A DNA stretch of 64,000 bases from assembly GCF_009914755.1 (NCBI RefSeq), contig NC_060927.1; one strand, written 5' to 3'. The DNA comes from the human T2T-CHM13v2.0 reference genome, Homo sapiens. Below are positions 12,228-31,850 of the stretch, in pieces; the stretch's first letter is position 1, and each line of letters begins with the position of its first letter. Below the pieces are notes generated by a model. That model searched no databases and had not been told where the DNA came from. It saw nothing but the letters and a program-made list of their open reading frames with translations. The position numbers and the translations under genes were made by a program.

Positions 12228-15200
12228 TTTAAATTGATGCATAATAGATGCACATATTTTTGGGGTACATATGGTAATTTAAAACATTTATATGGTTTGT
12301 AAATATCAAATCAGTATAATTGGGATATACGTCACCTTAAATATTTGTCTTTGCTTTATGCTAAAAACATTAGAATTATTCTCTTCCAGCTATTTTGAAA
12401 TGTACAATAGATCATTGTAAACTATAGTCACCCTACTGATCTATTAAATACTAGATATTATTTCTTGATTCAAAATATATATATTTGTACCCATTAATCA
12501 ACTTGTCTTCATTTTCCCACCCTCCTTCCAGGCCTCTGGCAAACAATATACTCTCTGTCTTCATGAGATGTACTTTTTAGCTCCTACCTGAGTGAGAACC
12601 TGTGATATTTGTTTTTCTGTGCTTGGTTTATTTCATTTAACATGACTTCTCATTACATTCATGTTACTGCAAGTGACAAGATTTCATTCTTTTTTATGAC
12701 TGAATAATATTCCCTTGTGTATATATACCATATTTTCTTTATCCATTCATTCATTGATGGGCACTTGGGTTGATTTTATATTTTGGCTATTGTGAGTAGT
12801 GCTGCAATAAATGTAACAGTGCCAATATCTCTTTGATATATTGATTTCCTTTCTTTTGAACATATACCGAGTAGTGCAATTGCTGGTTGTTCTATTTTTA
12901 GTTTTGAGGAACCTCCATACAGTTTTCCTTAGTGGCTGTACTAATTTACATTCACACCAACAATGTGTGAGTTCCCCTCTCTCCACATCCTTGCCAGCAT
13001 TCATTATTACCTGTCTCTTTTATAAAAGCCATTTTAACTGGAGTGAGATGATATCTCATTGTAGTTTTGATTTGCATTTCTCTGATGATTAGTGATGTTG
13101 AGCATTTTTTCATATGCCTGTTGGCCATTTGTATGTCTTCTTTGAGAAATGTCTACTCAGATCTTTTCCCATTTAAAACTCAGATTATTTATTTATTTTT
13201 GCTATTGAGTTGTTTGAGCTTATTATATATTCTGGTTCTTCACCCCTTGTCAGATGAATAGTTTGCAAATATTTTCTCCCATTCTGTGGGTTGTCTCTTT
13301 ACCTTGTTGATGGTTTCCTTTGCTATACAGAATATTTTTAGCTTGATGCAATCCCATTTTCCATTTTTGCTTTCGTTGTGTGTACTTTTGAGGTCTTACA
13401 AAAAAATCATTGCCTAGACTGATGTCTTGGAACATTTCTCCAGCATTTTCTTCTAGTAGATTCATAATTTTAGTTCTTAGATTTAAGTCTTTAATCAATT
13501 TTGATTTGGTTTTTGTATATAGTGACAGGGCCTAGTTTCATTATTTTGCATATAGATATCCAGTTTTCCCAGCACCATTTGTTGAAGAAACTCTCCCCAC
13601 TGAATGTTCTTGGTAACTTTTTCAAAAATTAGTTGGCTGTAAATGTGTGGATTTATATCTGGGTTTTCTGTTCTGTTCCATTGGTCTATGTATCTTTGTT
13701 TATGCCAGTATCATGCTAATTTGGTTACTTTAGGTCTGTAGTATATTTTGAAGTCAGGTAGTGTGATGCCTCTAGCTTTGTTGTTTTGCTCAGGGTTTCT
13801 TTGGCTATTCAGGATCTTTTGTGGTTTCATATAAATTTTAGGATTTTTTTTTGTGTTTCTGTGAAGAAACATTGGTATTTTGATAGAGATTGCATTGAAT
13901 CTGTAAATTACTTTGGGTAGAATTGTCATTTTAACAATATTAATTTTTCCAGTTCATGAGTGTGAAATTCTTTCCACTTGTTTGTGTCCTCGTCAATTCC
14001 TTTGTCAGTGTTTTACCTTGTAGAGATCTTTCACTTCTTTAATTAAATTTATTCATAGGTATTCATAGGTATTTTATATTCTTTGTAGCTATTCTAAATG
14101 AGATTGCGTTTTGATTTCTTTGTTCAGATTGTTCACTGTTGGCGCATGTAAATGCTCCTGATTTTTTTGCATGTTTATTTTGTATCCTGCAACTTTACTG
14201 AATTTGCTTATCAGTTATAACAGTTTTTTGGTGGAGTTTTTAGGTTTTTGTAAGGTAAGGTCATATCACCTGTGAACAAGGCTGATTTGACTCCCTTCTT
14301 CCAATTGGATACCCCTTTATTTTTTTCTCTTGCCTAATTGCTATAGTCAGGACTTTCTGTATTAGGCTGACTAAAAGTGGTGAAAGTGGGCATCCTTGTC
14401 TTGCTCCAGACTTTAGAGGAAAGGCTTTCAAATTTTCCCTGTTCAGTATGATGGTACCTGTGGGTTTGTCATTTATAGCCTTTATTATTTTGAGGTATGT
14501 TTTTTTCTATCCAGTTTGCTGAGGGTTTTTCTCATAAAGGGATATTGAATTTTATCAAATTCTTTTTCTGCATCTATTAAAATGATTGGTTTTTGTTCTT
14601 GGTTGTGTTAGTGTGATATATCACGTTTATTGTTTTGCATTTGTGGAGGATTGTCACATCTGTGTTAATCAGGGATACTGGCCTGTAGTTTTCTTTTTTT
14701 ATTGTGTCTTTGTCTGGTTTTCATAATTCTGGTCTCATAGGATAAGTTTGGAAGTATTCCCTCTTCAATTTTTTTGAAGAGTTTGAGTAGAATTGCTATT
14801 TGTTCTTTAAAATGTTAGGTAGAATTCATCAATGAAACCATCAGGCTTTTCTTTGGTGGGAGACTTTTTATTACTGCTTCAATCTTATTCCTCATTATTG
14901 GTTTGTTGAGGTTTTCTATCTCTTCTTGGTTCAATCTTGGTAGGTTGTATGTGTCCATGAATTTATTCCTTTCTTCTAAATTTTCTAATTTGTTTGCATA
15001 CAGTTGTTCACAATAGTGTCTAATAATTCCTCGCATTTCTGTGGTCTCAGTTATTATGTCTCTAATTTTTTTTGTTTCTCATGGTATTTATTTGGATATT
15101 CTTTTTTTCTTAGTCTAGCTAAAGGTTTGTCTATTTACATTTTCAAAAGCAAGCTTTTCATTTCATTGATCTTCTGTAGTGTTTTTTTTATTCTCAACTT

Positions 15201-15792
15201 TATTATTTCTTCTCTGATCTTTATTATTTCTTTTTCTATGAATGTTGGGTTGGATTGTTCTTGCTCTTATAGTTCCTTGAGGTGTATCTTAGGTTGTTTA
15301 TTTGAAGTCTTTCTGCTTTTTTGATCTAGGTGTTTAATGCTATCAACTTCTCTCCTAGTACTGCTTTTGCTGTATCTCATAGATTTCAGTATATTGTATT
15401 TCCATTTTCATTTGTTTCAAGAAAATTTTAAATTTCCTTCTTAATTTTTTTCATTGACTCATTTGTCATTCAAGAGCATGTTGTTTAATTTTCCTGTGTT
15501 TGTGTAGTTTCTGAGGATCCTCTTGTTACTGATTTTTAGTTTTATTCCATTGTGATCATAAAAGATATGTCATATGATTTTTACTTTCTTGAATTTGTTC
15601 TAACTTGTTTTATGGCCTGAGATATGGTCTATTCTGGAGAATATTCCATGTGCTGATGAAAAAAATGTGTATTCTGCAGCAGTTGGGTGAAATATTTTAT
15701 AAATGCCAATTAGGCCTATTTGGTCTAGTGTGTAGTTTACAGTGATGTTTGTTGACTTTCTGGCTGGATGATCTGTCCGTTACTGAGAGAGA
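12228..15792 (-). mobile_element. Old L1 (L1MA-like), 3'UTR and ORF2 part
   Basis: Decayed ORF2 peptides on the - strand (e.g. 13711-13929, 14815-15036) with an L1MA-type 3' end; the element resumes after the insert at 17114. Confidence 0.88.
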
Positions 15793-19705
<3,913 letters not shown>

Positions 19706-19973
19706 TCCCTAATACAACAATTTCTGTCTTCATACAAAGCAAGATTATATATTTAGTAGAAATAATTTTATTTATTGTTAATGTTTTTTACAGTGCTCAT
19801 ATATTTTATTCTGTGAAGAGCTATAGATTTAAAGAACTTGGAACAAAGATAAATATTGAGAGAATAGGGTGCTAAGAGCTGAACATTTGGGAGTTGACAA
19901 TTGAAAGCAAAATAAGAAAGATCAGGGAGGGAAGTATGTGAGGTAAAATTTACACATAAAAATCAGATTTTAA

Positions 19974-20426
<453 letters not shown>

Positions 20427-20499
20427 TAAATTCTGACTTCTATCACCATAGCTTATGCTTACATGTTCTGAGACTTCATATAAATAGAATCATATGGTA

Positions 20500-20505
<6 letters not shown>

Positions 20506-20543
<38 letters not shown>
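20506..20543. repeat. (GT)19 microsatellite
   Basis: Uninterrupted GT run. Confidence 0.97.
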
Positions 20544-20544
<1 letters not shown>

Positions 20545-20744
20545 TTATACAACACAATGTGTTAAGATTTATTCAAGTTGTTGATGGTGTCAGTGATTTG
20601 TTCTTTTTTTATTGCTGAGTAGTAGGTAGAGAGAAAAAAACTTCAAAAGTATCCATACTTCAAACATGCAGATGCAGGCAATGATTATTGATTTTTTTGG
20701 GTGCATTTCATTTTAGTATTTTTTTATGTTTAGTTTTTTGTTAT

Positions 20745-21240
20745 GTGGAAATTAACAAAGACCACCCAAATGAGGACATAGGCTATTCAGATTTTGCTGT
20801 GGCAAAACCCACCATCGTTTGTATTTGGCAGAGTCCCAAACGCAGGCAGAAGAGTGGGAGAGCTTTGTGGTGAAAAAAGGGTAAGCTTTAAGTATGTTCT
20901 TATTGTAAGTTGTTGGCATGGGAAGCTGGAGGCAGGCTGTGTACAAGGGAGGCATTCTATGTGATTGGTTTGGGAAGCATATTTGGCTTTCTCTAGTCAG
21001 TATTGAGTTGGAAGTGTTGTGAATGAGGGAGCTGCGGAAGTTAGGGATCTGGTAGTCATTGGCCATTTCCTGATTATTCTGGGCTGATGATTGCAGAGAT
21101 TGTGGTTTGACTTCCCAGACTGGTTGCTGCAGGGATTGTGGTTTGGCTTCCTTGTCTGGTTGCTGCAGAGGTTGTAGGTTAGAGTTCTATTATCATATGT
21201 AGTTTAGTAATTGTATATTATATTGTATAGTCAGTCTCTT
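20745..21240. mobile_element. Probable ancient ERV LTR remnant (family not assigned) containing a 36-bp tandem repeat at 21092-21180
   Basis: LTR-like composition; unit tgcagagattgtggtttgacttcccagactggttgc repeated about 2.4 times. Confidence 0.45.
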
Positions 21241-22587
21241 GGTTATATTTTGGTATGTGTTATGGATCTTATATAGAATTTTACATCCTATTTTTTTTCA
21301 CTTAACATTAGAATATAAACACTTTTTGGTTGTTAAGGATTTTTTTCTTTATATAAATGTAATGGCTGTATAACAATCAGTTTAGGGGATGTACTTTTAT
21401 TACTGGAAATTTAATTTTCATTCAGTTTTTCTCTTCTTACAGTAATGCTTTTACGAACATCTGTGGGCATTAAACCTTCAGCATATTTAATATTACTTCC
21501 CGAGATGAAATTTCTAGTTGTAAAATAGTTAGGTTATAAGTCTTTATATATCTTGTTGAATTACTTTCTAAAAGGGTTCACCTAGTAGTATATAACTGTC
21601 AGTTCAGTGGTATTCTTACCAGCTTTCGATATTTAGAAATATTTTTACTAACTTAGTAAATGAAAAATACACTTTTGTAATTATTTAATTTGTATTTTAT
21701 GATTACTGGTGAGCTTGATTATTTTCCAGTATACTTACTAGTCAGTTGAGTTTTTTTTTATGAATTGTCCTTTCATATCCCCTTTCTTCCTATTTATTGG
21801 TTCCTAGTAATTTCTATTAGCTTTTATACATTTTAATATATTAAATTGATCAATCTTTTATCTGTTATAGTTTTGTAAAATTTTTCCCAGTTCATTATTT
21901 GCATCTTGTTCATGATAGTTCTAATTTGCATAATTCATATTTTTTTCTATTGTCAAATCTATTGACTTATCCTTAGTGATTTCTTTTTTATCCTCTACAA
22001 TCCAGAGTTTGAATATTCATTTCTATTTTCTTTTTTTTTTTTTTTATGAGAAAATAAACTTATTTTATTTAAGCCATCCAGACTCTGGTACTTTGTCATA
22101 GCAGACCCAGCAAGCTAATACAAAGTCTTATCTACATAGTGAGCACAACAGTTATTACATACCATTCTCTCTTAACTGTTATTTAATCATAGTCCTATAA
22201 GTACCTGTGTGTTTAGGGCTTATATTATTTCCTTATATTGATGTGTTTTGGCTGTGTTTTAGCTCTTTCTGTAGTAGATTCCTCAGGAAGAGTTCATGGA
22301 AACAGTATTTCTTGAGAAATGCATTTTGATACTAGTTTGTAAGGCGCTTTATATTTTTTACTTGAAAGTCATTTTGCCTGGTTATAAAATCCTTGACTTT
22401 TTTTTCTTTCTTTGGATGTCTTAAATATGCTACTAATTTTTCCCTGGCATGAGGTATTAGTATTGAAATATTTTAGTGTTTTGATATATCACATTTTGAC
22501 ATTTTTATTTTAACCAAATTCATTTTAGTATATAGTATGACTCCAAAATGATGTTTCCCCCAAACAGCCCGTCGGTTGCACCATACC

Positions 22588-22795
22588 ATTTAACTTCTGC
22601 TTCCCTCTTCCACTGAATGTGGTATTCCTTTGTCATATATTAAGTTTTGAAATGTACTAGGATTTATAACTGGGATAACTATGTTTTTCTATTTAACTGC
22701 TGCTTCCCTCTTCCACTGAATGTGGTACTCCTTTGTCATATATTAAGTTTTGAAATGTACTAGGATTTATAACTGGGATAACTATGTTTTTCTAT
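22588..22795 (+). repeat. 103-bp tandem duplication
   Basis: 22588-22690 and 22691-22793 differ at only 2 positions. Confidence 0.97.
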
Positions 22796-23575
22796 CTTTC
22801 TGCCTGTTCTTGTGGCAATCACATACCAATTTCTTTTTTCAGTCTAAAGGCTGACCAAAATGCTATGTAGACTAGGTTCTGGAATATTTAAAAGGAAATA
22901 CAGTTTGTGTGCCTATCAGCCAAAGACTGCATACCTGTAGTTAAACAAAGTTGGGTTTTCTCTTTTTTTTTTTTTTTAGAATAAGGGAGACTATATACCA
23001 TAGGGAGGGCTTGTTACAGGATTTGAACTTGTGTTAGGTCATTTTAGACAAAGTTCAAAGAAACACGAATTAGATATTGTCAGAAAGTGGGGTAATTCTA
23101 TCATTTGTTATCCTAAGACGTTTTAACTAGAAGGTAGGAAGAGTGGCATGAGGCTACATAATAGGTAAAGAAGAAGCAGTTGCATATGTTAGCTGGATAA
23201 GGGGAGCCTTTAGCTATTAGTGTGGTTTGTACAATATTCTTACAGTTATCACTACCCAGACATGATTCCACAGTGGTTTTATTTTTGTCTTGCTTTATTA
23301 CGGTCATAGAGTGGCTTTGTTTGATGTTGGTTTTCTGTGAAATTATTCATGTTCCAAAAGAGAAAACCATGACCCAGCCCTTAGTGCCAGGTAAACTGCA
23401 GCTTACAGCTGTTAGAGGTTGCTTATTTTTTCTTTTGTTAAAAAATCAATTTATTACTTTTAAAGTAGTTTTTGTAGATAAAGTTGCTAGAATATGTTGC
23501 TAAGCAGGTATGCTTTAAGAACTAGATAAGAAAAAAAATTTCTCATTATTAGGCAACAATTTGTATTGGTCGATT

Positions 23576-23692
23576 TGCAGCAACCAGAGAAGGAAACCAA
23601 ACCACAATCCCTGCAGCAACCAGTCTGGGAAGTCAAACCACAATCTCTGCAATCATCAGCCCAGAATAATCAGGAAATGGCCAATGGCTGCC
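23576..23692 (-). repeat. 117-bp inverted copy of 21051-21167
   Basis: Reverse complement aligns without gaps, with 4 mismatches. Confidence 0.95.
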
Positions 23693-23751
23693 ATATTTGT
23701 ATTTGTTATGTAATTGTTGGATAACAGCTATTGTTACAGTGTAATTATATA

Positions 23752-24099
23752 CAGTCACATGTAACTTAATGATAGGGATAGGTTCTGAGAAATGCATTGG
23801 TAGACAATTTGGTCATTGTGTGAACGTCACAGAGTGTACTTACACAAACCTATATGGCATAGCCTACCACACACTTAGCTATATAGTATAGCCTATTGCT
23901 CCTGGGTTATAAACCTATATAGCATGTTGCTTGTACTGAACACTGTAGGCAGGTATAACAGAATGGTAAGTATTTGTGTATCTAAGTATATCTCAACATA
24001 GAAAAAGTACAGTAAAAATTATGGTATTATAATTTTATGGGTCCACCCATAATAAGTAGTCCATTGTTGACCAAAATGTCATTATGCAGCACATGATGG
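23752..24099. mobile_element. Tigger3a (MER7-type) Tc1/mariner-family DNA element
   Basis: TA-flanked; cagtcacatgtaacttaatgatagggataggttctgagaaatgc... to ...gaccaaaatgtcattatgcagcacatgatgg; about 350 bp. Confidence 0.8.
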
Positions 24100-24456
24100 T
24101 ATGAACTTGAAATAGTGTTCTTGGAAACAACTCTCCTAAGTATATAAATTTCTTATGCTCTTATTATTTACATGATTTCTCTATTTATTTACATTTCTTT
24201 CCCTCTCCACTTTGAGAAAGTAATGCAGATGTTATTTCCTCCATATAATAGTCTAGCAGGCAGCCATTTTTAATTCTAGCAGATAAATAGAAGATTTGAA
24301 GTAGCTTTTATTTTTCTGAGAGTATTTCAACCCAGCAAATCGCTTTAGTATTTTTTGTGTAGCTAGGTGAATCCACAAAATTCCAGTTACTGTAGAAATA
24401 AAGTGAATTTTAAAAAATTAAACTGTTTATAAAAGCTATTATAGAAATAAAATTAA

Positions 24457-25074
24457 CACTGTTGGGACTGTAAACTAGTTCAACCATTGTGGAAGTCAGT
24501 GTGGCGATTCCTCAGGGATGTAGAACTGGAAATACCATTTGACCCAGCAATCCCATTACTGGGTATATGCCCAAAGGATTATAAATCATGCTGCTATAAA
24601 GACACATGCACACGTATGTTTATTGCGGCACTATTCACAATAGCAAAGACTTGGAACCAACCCAAATGTCCAACAATGATAGGCTGGATTAAGAAAATGT
24701 GGCACATATACACCATGGAATACTATGCAGCCATAAAAAATGATGAGTTCATGTCCTTTGTAGGGACATGGATGAAGCTGGAAACCATCATTCTCAGTAA
24801 ACTATCGCAAGGACAAAAAACCAAACACCACATGTTCTCACTCATAGGTAGGAATTGAACAATGAGAACACATGGACATAGGAAGGGGAACATCACACAC
24901 CAGGGCCTGTTGTGGGGTGGGGGGAGGGGGAGGGATAGCATTAGGAGATATACCTAATGTTAAATGACGAGTTAATGGGTGCAGCACACCAACATGGCAC
25001 ATGTATACATATATAACTAACCTGCACATTGTGCACAGGTACCCTAAAACTTAAAGTATAATAATAATAAAAAA
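24457..25074 (+). mobile_element. 5'-truncated L1PA (about PA3-4)
   Basis: ORF2 C-terminus (24487-24858), 3'UTR and A-tail; TSD AGAAATAAAATTAA at 24443-24456 and 25075-25088. Confidence 0.95.
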
Positions 25075-26094
25075 AGAAATAAAATTAAATTCCAAAAATC
25101 CTACAGGAAGCTCTGTTGTGTATGAATTAGGCTGAGTGAGATAAGTTGACTATAATATTCTGATTTTTTACCTAAACTATGCAACATTAGCTGACGCAGT
25201 TATTTTAACTGTATCTCAGAAGCTAAATTATCTGGCCAACATCACTGCAAACATTCTATACTGATGGAGTAGTGTCACTGCTGTTTTTTTCAACCCTTTG
25301 CTTTTAGTCATTCTGTCATACTGGCAAACATAAATTGTGTGATATAAGAAAATTTTATGAGGTAAAATAATATCTTTAACAAATATATATTTTGATGAGA
25401 GCATTGTATTAATATTTGGTAATAAGATAGCCAGACTGTTGAATTAATCATACTCAGAAACTTACTGCATTGGGTGGAGATTCAGACAAGGAAGTGCATA
25501 GGGCATAGTCACAGAAGGAATCTGTCTAAAAATTGTATTTACTTGCTTTCATGTGATTAAGCATAGGCAGAGATTAATATTCAAGATGAAAATTCCAGAT
25601 CCTAGAAGAGCAGAGGAAAGAGTGATATGGGAGGAACTATGATAGTGGACAAGAATTTAAATAGCTTGATCTTGAAGAACTAGGATTAAAGATCATTTAG
25701 GAACCAGTAGCAAAACGAATTCAATACCAGGTCTACTGACCAAAGTTTTAAAAAAATCTCCTTTATCTAGAGAGTGGATTACTTTTAAAGGAATGATTGT
25801 AGTTTGCTGAAACCTTCAATTTCATTTTGAATGAAACCACCAATCATTTTCTTCTTGTAACTTCACACTGCAAAAAATTTTGAGCTTTTTTTTTGCCCTT
25901 CGTATTCTCTCTGCCTAGGTTAGCTCTAATTTATTTCTTTCCCTAGTTTTCTTTTTCTTTTTTTTTTTTTCATTTCTCTTTGTTCAGTCTTTCTTTTCAC
26001 TGTCTCAGTTGTACATTCTGCCTGTGTTCCAAGATTAAGAATAATTTCTGGTGCTAAATTGTCTTGAGGCATGTTAAGATTTCAGTATATTGTA

Positions 26095-29585
<3,491 letters not shown>

Positions 29586-30644
29586 TTCAGTATCTTAAAA
29601 AACAAACAAACAAAAAAACTTAAAATCTTAGGGTCTATGTTGGAATTAATTTATATACTTAAACAAGGGTCTCAGTATCATAATAGTAGTAAATAATTGT
29701 TAATGATTTACAACTTTCTGAGTTACTTCGTAGACTCAAATCTGATTTTGATACACAATAATAGGGGCATAAGTTTAACCTTTTAATTATATTGAGGTTT
29801 ACTATGAGTTATTTTAAAATTGAGAAGTGTTTAGTGAGTGTTTAAGATGTATCCAGCATTCTTTTTCTTTTAAAAGTTTTTTTTTATTTTACAAGTAATG
29901 TATCTTCCATGTAAAAAAGTTAGAAAATACAGGTAAGCAAAAACAGAACAATCTATTATTTTACCTAGATATAACCATCATTAATGTTTCACAGTATTTA
30001 TATGTGATGTTTTTCTATGTTTATGATTACATGTAAAAAGTTTTTATATAAAAATGGGATTGATACATTCTTCTTGGTAATATTTCTACTTAATATATTA
30101 TTAACATCTTCCTTGTCTGCTCATTTATTTATTTTTTATATATGGTTAAGTGGTTCATAGAATTCTATTAAGCATCCTGGCTTATTTAAATCAGTACTCA
30201 ATTATTTCTAATATTTTACTTTCCTAAAGATACTACATTAAATGTCTTTGTGCATCTTTATATACTTAGAATTCTTCCTTGGGATAAATTCCTAGGAGAG
30301 CAACTTCACAGCTAGAAAGTTAGCATATTTTTAAAGGTTTTTGATATATGCGACCAAATTGTCCCACTGAAAGGTTGTACAGGTTGAGCAACCCAAATCC
30401 AAAACATTTGGTTATTATCCTGTGGTTCCTTTAACTCAATGGTTGATCTTGACTCTACACCAAGCTATAATTCTTTTGAAAGCCATTTTTGTCTCTGGTC
30501 TTAAATTCATATAGGGCAAATCAAGTTCTTTCATCTCGAGATGGGATCAAACTACTGAAATGCTATATAGCTCTCATTCTAAAGCTATCAGTCACACCAT
30601 GTGTATTCACTAGGTTGGTGACCTTGAACAGTTGATTAGCCTTT

Positions 30645-30948
30645 CTTTTTCTTTTTTCTTCTTAGAGACAGAGGCTTGCTCTGTTGCCCAGGCTGGAGTG
30701 CAATGGCAAAATCATAGCTCACTGCAGTGTCGAACTCCTGGGTTGAAGGGATCCTCCCACCTCATCCTTCCCAAGTAGCTGGAACTACAGGGGCGAAACA
30801 CCATTCCTGGCTAATTTATTTTTATTTTTTGTAGAGATGGAGTCTCACTATGTTGCCCAGGCTGGTCTCAACTCATAGCCTCAAGTGATCCTCCCACCTT
30901 GGCCTCCCATAGTGCTGGGATTACAGGCTTGTGTCAGGACTCCTGGCC
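30645..30948 (-). mobile_element. AluJ inserted into a MIR
   Basis: J-type atcatagctcactgcag and gatcctcccacc; TSD TTGATTAGCCTTT at 30632-30644 and 30949-30961; MIR-like flanks. Confidence 0.9.
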
Positions 30949-31699
30949 TTGATTAGCCTTTGTAAGCCTCAATTTCATCATTTGTAATCATACCACCCAT
31001 CTCATGGGGCTATAGAAATAAATAAAAATTAAATGATATAATCCACGTAAAGTGTTTTTCATTGTGTCTAGTACGTAGTAAACAAATGGTAGGGATATCA
31101 GCCCTGGGTGCAAGGATTGTATACATATAGACTTCTTGGTTTATTGCTAATGTAGCAAGAGGACAGCTGTCATTTTCAAGTTCTTTGCAACTGGCAACAA
31201 ATAAGCTAAGAAAGAAAGACATGGACTATATTACTTCTTTGGTAGGGGACAAAAATACTGTTTCTGTAAGTAGATTGTGTATTTAGATTTTATTTTATTT
31301 ATGATGGAGGCTCAAAATGTTCCCCCTCCCCTGTCTACTACTGGAAATTGAAGAAGTCACCATCTGAGGAAAAGAGGTAACCCACAGATACCTAAAAGCT
31401 ATTCATATTTATAGAAATAACAACAGTACCTGATATCTCAGTGGACTGTTTGAAATGCAAGTGTGTAGCTCATGAGGGAATCAGACGAAAGCAACAGCAA
31501 ATCGTCTTTAGTAGTTTAACACCATAATTAGTTAGATAACTAATCTTTTTCAATCGTCGAACATAACGTTAAACATAACCCCATTCTTGTTTCTTTTAAG
31601 AAATACACTATTACTGAGAAATATAGAAATACCTATCAAGTGTCTATAGGTATTTAATCAGGTGTTTAACATGGTTTCCGGTACAAGTATTTGTATTAG

Positions 31700-31850
31700 A
31701 AGTACAGATGGAATTGGAAGGGGACCTTAAAATGATCTAGTTCACTCTTTTATTTTATAGATGAAGAAACTGAGAGATTGAGTAATGTGTCCAGGTTAGA
31801 TTGCCAGTGACAGACCTGAGAACTGAACTACGTCTCCTGACTTCTAACAA
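31700..31850 (-). mobile_element. MIR remnant
   Basis: ttttatagatgaagaaactgagagattgagtaatgtgtccagg...tctcctgacttc. Confidence 0.65.

Noticed and set aside
21092-21180. 36-bp repeats resembling a CRISPR array
   Set aside because: Head-to-tail with no unique spacers, in eukaryotic DNA; a minisatellite.
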